A DNA stretch of 64,000 nt, taken from assembly GCA_002269645.1 (NCBI GenBank), contig NIVC01003985.1, positions 1-64,000 of the forward strand. Reading direction: 5' to 3'. Source of the DNA: Macrostomum lignano. Lineage: Eukaryota. This document shows, one piece after another, positions 59,630 to 64,000 of the stretch. The notes below the pieces were generated by a model that was not told where the DNA came from, searched no databases, and saw only the letters and a program-made list of their open reading frames with translations. The translations under genes were made by a program, and so were the position numbers. The first letter of the stretch is position 1. Every line of letters begins with the position of its first letter.

Positions 59630-61315
59630 ATGATTATCTTCTGCAAGATTTTCAGTCTGCTTTGGTTGGTCGTATTGAGTTTTGCAATCAAAAGTTGTGT
59701 CGCTGGTAGCGTCACCATCGTGGCTGTGCAACATCCAGGCGAACTATCGATTCCAAATTGCTACTCAAGCACTGAGCACTGCTCCAGTTATCAGGACTGC
59801 TGCGATCAAGATCGAAAAGTTCAACCGAGCAACGCTGGAATAACTTGTGAGGGCGTGTTCTTCTGTACCAATGGTACGTGTGACAGGTTGGGAGGTCGGT
59901 ACTCTGTCTACATGGTGACAGCATGTCCAATTGGAAGCAATTCCAGCTCTGAGTGGCACTCACGATGTCAGTCCGCACACGAACCGGTTGCCAGTGATCG
60001 AATGGCGCTGCCTGTTTACTCAAACCGCACGGGCTTGCTTTACCGCAGTGCCTACTGCGGTCTGTGCCACGGAGAGGCCGCTGCGTCAACAACTGCCCAG
60101 GTCGCTGTGTTCTGCAACGATTCCACCGCTACAGCCTCAAACTGCCAGTCCGTAGCTGTTATTGCAGCCCATCAAACACACGCGTGCTATCCGGACTTGG
60201 CTGATGTCACCGTGTGCAATGGCGCCTACCCGTCGCTAACCGACTCCTGCGAACGGGTGCCAACTAATTACGAGGTGTGCGAAGGCAGGGCCTACAGGAA
60301 TTCCTACTGCCGCATGTGCCAGCTGGGCTGGTACACCCCGCAGTGCCAGCGCACCGACTATCCGTTGTGGCAGCTTCGAGACAGTCTTGACCACGGCCTA
60401 TTGGGCGTCTACGTCGGTTTTCGCAATTTAGCCGCCAACCTACCGGGTAGGGATTTTGGTCGACCAGGCAACAGAACGACGTCTGACAATTGGAGGCTGT
60501 CAGTAAGCGTCTGCGCGACTCACGCAGCCTCCATCGTGGCACTGTTAGTTCTCATCGCAGTGTACTTTAGCGTTCGGAGTCTGCGCAACCGGCCAGGTCT
60601 GTGCCTGTGCTGCCATTCGACCTGCGTTCTCATCTGGGAGGCTCTGGCCGTTACCATGCGATTGACAAAGCCAACAGAGACAGCCTGTCTCAGCCTCCTG
60701 TTGCTGAGCTACTTCAGCCTGATCTCCACCTTCTCCTGGGCCGCCGTGTTTGGCTGCGACCTGCTGCGCAGTTTGGTCTCAAACCTTCCAGCTCCTGGCC
60801 GTCTGTCGAAGCGGCTGATGCTGATGGTCTGGCTGGCACCGGCCGGTCTCACCGCCTGCGCTGGATGCCTGCACGTTCGACTGGGTCTGTTTGACTTGGC
60901 AGTTTGCCAGTTCGCTCCCTGTCACAAGTGGCTGATGCTGCTTCTGTCTCTGGCGCCGCTGGCAGCGGTTCTGTTTGTCAACCTGGCAGTGGCGGCTGCG
61001 GTCTGCATCGTGCTGCATCGTCGGGCCAGCAACGCACAGCAGCTGTTGACAATGTCTACAGCGCGCAGACATGTTGGCGCAACTGTGCGAGTGTCGGTGG
61101 CCGCGGGCGCTGCCTGGATGCCGCAGTTCATCTTGGCCAACCTCGCCGAGTCGGCTGCCATCAATCATCGAGCCGCTTCAGCGGTCGGCGAGCATCTGGC
61201 AGCCCTGCATGGCGTTCTGCTGGCCGTCTGCTTCGGGTGTGCCAGTCATCGAGTGCGTCAGCTGATGGTGAGGCAGCCGAGGCAGCGGCCGCAAGCACCA
61301 AGCGCCGTCGTCTGA
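59630..61315 (+). CDS. Intronless family-B-like (Methuselah/adhesion-related) GPCR with Cys-rich ectodomain, 561 aa
   Basis: Signal peptide; CSSYQDCCD (SMB-like) and two YRxxYCxxC motifs; 7 hydrophobic segments; intracellular loop 1 LRNRPG typical of Mth-like 7TM2 receptors. Confidence 0.8.
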   Translation: MIIFCKIFSLLWLVVLSFAIKSCVAGSVTIVAVQHPGELSIPNCYSSTEHCSSYQDCCDQDRKVQPSNAGITCEGVFFCTNGTCDRLGGRYSVYMVTACPIGSNSSSEWHSRCQSAHEPVASDRMALPVYSNRTGLLYRSAYCGLCHGEAAASTTAQVAVFCNDSTATASNCQSVAVIAAHQTHACYPDLADVTVCNGAYPSLTDSCERVPTNYEVCEGRAYRNSYCRMCQLGWYTPQCQRTDYPLWQLRDSLDHGLLGVYVGFRNLAANLPGRDFGRPGNRTTSDNWRLSVSVCATHAASIVALLVLIAVYFSVRSLRNRPGLCLCCHSTCVLIWEALAVTMRLTKPTETACLSLLLLSYFSLISTFSWAAVFGCDLLRSLVSNLPAPGRLSKRLMLMVWLAPAGLTACAGCLHVRLGLFDLAVCQFAPCHKWLMLLLSLAPLAAVLFVNLAVAAAVCIVLHRRASNAQQLLTMSTARRHVGATVRVSVAAGAAWMPQFILANLAESAAINHRAASAVGEHLAALHGVLLAVCFGCASHRVRQLMVRQPRQRPQAPSAVV

Positions 61316-61489
61316 AGAAGAACCTAAGTGTATACTAAGTGTAACCTCAAGTCTTGGAATCGCGACAAGTACTCGTAAACGTAATGAGGACCCAAAAGCT
61401 TAAGAGTGTTATCTAGAACTTATTCTTGCGCTTATTGATTTTTTTTTTGGGTAAAATTTATGTAAGGGTGCTATTTACCAACACTCTTT

Positions 61490-61494
61490 CTCTT

Positions 61495-61530
<36 letters not shown>
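61490..61530. repeat. (CT)n microsatellite
   Basis: Directly visible. Confidence 0.9.
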
Positions 61531-61531
<1 letters not shown>

Positions 61532-62670
61532 CTTTCTCTAATTTTTGCACTGATAAAGATTTTAATTTTCAAAATAACAACACTTCTTAGCTTTTTTGTC
61601 TCGAAATCTCAAGAGAAAATCTTGATTTTACTTTCACAATTATATGCGAAGAAGAAACCCTCGATTTCTGGCAAGAAAAGTTCTTTTTTCATGCCGCCCA
61701 ATAGTTTGCTTCTTCCACGCTAAGTGAATAACAGAAATGAGTGAATAGCAAATTAGAGACAGCAAATTGTAAACATTGTCAATAGTACAAGTGGCATCGT
61801 TTTTATTGTTAAAATACAAGAACGTTGTCTATAGGAACTATAGCTGTTTAGATAGCTAAGTAGAACTTGAGTAAAAACTGTGAATGCTAAAAACAACTTG
61901 TGTTTATAAAATGACTGAAGCGAGGTTTCGGAAATACAAAAAATCGATTAGTGCTTACAAGTATGAGTATAAGTAGCTAGAGCAAATTTGCTTTAAAATA
62001 TTGTGGAGCGGATTCAATCGAAAAGCAACAACCAATAGCTAAGATTAATTCATTACGAGTATAAATCGTACGATTAGCAAAGTCAAGAGTCAAGACTTTT
62101 CCCCTATTTAGCGAAAGCAGCGGAAAAGTTATAGGGAGCAAAAATATCCACTTACAAAAACAGGGAAAAGTTTCTTGTTACTTGTAGTAACTTGCAGTTA
62201 CTTGTAGTAAGCTACATAAACACAGCAATTAAGAAAAGTTTATCGCATTCTACCAGTAGATACACTAATACATTTAATTGAAATATAATTAGTGTAGTTC
62301 ATAATAAAACAAATTTAGCTTTACGAAGTCAAATTTTCAACTTTCATTCAACATTCATGATTTCATTTCAATCGAAATTAACGAATCAACTTAGTCTAGT
62401 GTTCGGTTTGTTCTTTTTGACTCATTTAATTATTTAGCTAGCTATTGCTTATTATTCGTCAAAACGTAGGAAAGCTTGCCTTTTAAAATGTCGTTTTTAA
62501 GTGCTTTTCAAGAGGAAAAAAGTTGTAAAACTCGAAATTAGTCAGGGAACTAAAGGATTTCAGACCTACCTAAAATCGATTGAAAGTTTGAATTATACTT
62601 GAACAATAAAATCATACTAGCATGTGTATGGCAAAATAATCCAGAAAGTCCTTGATTTTTAGTGTTGAGC

Positions 62671-64000
62671 TCATCCGAATCCCAAAGTGCACGAGAATAC
62701 TTTTTTAACATAGGCAAGCGACAACGAAGTCTGCTTAGCAAAAACTTCGAAGATACCATTGATTTGCTTCGCCATTGTTTGGGCGCTGGAGACAACAGTG
62801 CAATAGCATTTCTGCACATTTGATTTAACCTGCTCCACTAGTCCGCCGACGAGAACAGCGAAGTCGAACTGATTCAGATATCTAAGAAGAGCGGGCAAAA
62901 CATTTACACTGACGCTTGTGCATAGTGTCCTAGTAGATGATGCACCAATGCAGAACCTCCAGGCAACTAATTGCGATACGGAAGAAATCAACAGCTTAAA
63001 CCACTCCGTTTTGGAAGTATTCTTACTTGATGCCAAACGATACGTATCGAAGAGAATCAGAGCTACTACGATAGCAAGGCCAATCTGATCGACAGTAGAA
63101 AGGCTAGAAAACTTTTTCATCAACGACTCAACAACTTTAGAGTTTTGTCCAGTCAAGCCAGACAACTGTTCCAAAAGCGGCTTAATATGCGATGCAACAA
63201 CTTCATGCAAGCCAGGCAACTGTTCCAAAAGCGGCTTAATAGGCGATGCAACAGCTTCATGCAAGCGTGACAACTGTTCTGAAAGCGGCTTAAAATGCGA
63301 TGCAACAGCTTCATGCAAGCCAGGCAACTGTTCCAAAAGCGGCTTAATAGGCGATGCAACAACTTCATGCAAGCCAGACAACTGTTCTGAAAGCGGCTTA
63401 ATAGGCGATGCAACAACTTCATGCAAGCGTGACAACTGTTCCAAAAGCGGCTTAATAGGCGATGCAACAACTTCATGCAAGCCAGACAACTGTTCCGAAA
63501 GCGGCTTAATAGGCGATGCAACAACTTCATGCAAGCCAGACAACTGTTCCAAAAGCGGCTTAATAGGCGATGCAACAACTTCATGCAAGCGTGACAACTG
63601 TTCCAAAAGCGGCTTAATAGGCGATGCAACAACTTCATGCAAGCGTGACAACTGTTCCAAAAGCGGCTTAATAGGCGATGCAACAACTTCATGCAAGCCA
63701 GACAACTGTTCCAAAAGCGGCTTAATAGGCGATGCAACAACTTCATGCAAGCCAGACAACTGTTCCAAAAGCGGCTTAATAGGCGATGCAACAACTTCAT
63801 GCACCAACTGCTGTGTGGACCGTTGATATTGACTGGTAGCGTGTTTGACAATGTTGTTAAACGAAACACAGACTTTAGTTAATTCTCGTCGCAAAAGCAA
63901 TTCCGCAAGTTTAAAAAATAATTTGTGATTGTCCAACAAATATTCAAGACCCATATGAAACTTTATTGACTGAATCGATTTCAAAGCTTGAGTCGATCTA
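62671..64000 (-). CDS. 5'-truncated ORF (more than 440 aa) with twelve 18-aa amphipathic repeats and a downstream TM-like segment; unknown function
   Basis: The frame stays open to the window edge. Repeats LHEVVASPIKPLLEQLS(G/R) x12, then IGLAIVVALILFDTY. About 75 aa before and 150 aa after the repeat are also stop-free. Confidence 0.6.
   Translation of the reverse strand, partial: RSTQALKSIQSIKFHMGLEYLLDNHKLFFKLAELLLRRELTKVCVSFNNIVKHATSQYQRSTQQLVHEVVASPIKPLLEQLSGLHEVVASPIKPLLEQLSGLHEVVASPIKPLLEQLSRLHEVVASPIKPLLEQLSRLHEVVASPIKPLLEQLSGLHEVVASPIKPLSEQLSGLHEVVASPIKPLLEQLSRLHEVVASPIKPLSEQLSGLHEVVASPIKPLLEQLPGLHEAVASHFKPLSEQLSRLHEAVASPIKPLLEQLPGLHEVVASHIKPLLEQLSGLTGQNSKVVESLMKKFSSLSTVDQIGLAIVVALILFDTYRLASSKNTSKTEWFKLLISSVSQLVAWRFCIGASSTRTLCTSVSVNVLPALLRYLNQFDFAVLVGGLVEQVKSNVQKCYCTVVSSAQTMAKQINGIFEVFAKQTSLSLAYVKKVFSCTLGFG
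63160..63805 (-). repeat. 54-bp coding tandem repeat (12 copies)
   Basis: Directly visible periodicity; unit length is a multiple of 3. Confidence 0.95.

Overview
Eukaryotic, repeat-rich invertebrate DNA: GT-AG introns, SINEs/LINEs, GC-rich codons and AT-rich intergenic DNA. The style resembles a free-living flatworm such as Macrostomum, but that is inference only. The left 27 kb holds five intronless Cys-loop ligand-gated ion channel (nAChR-like) genes, four intact and one frameshifted. They lack most canonical acetylcholine-binding residues and have divergent extracellular domains, yet their pore module is near-identical at the DNA level. They are interleaved with a 3.6 kb satellite, MITEs and nested LTR elements, one of which has LTRs carrying three perfect heat-shock elements and a TATA box. 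The right half holds a 7-exon long-chain acyl-CoA synthetase-like gene with a degenerate ATP-binding loop, a 2-exon orphan gene, an intronless ACSF2-like ligase, a 2-exon cytochrome b561 (D1/D2-like) gene, an intronless family-B/Mth-like GPCR and a 5'-truncated ORF with twelve 18-aa repeats. SINE, LINE and Gypsy remnants and several minisatellites lie between them. All alignments and counts were done by eye; no database searches were run.
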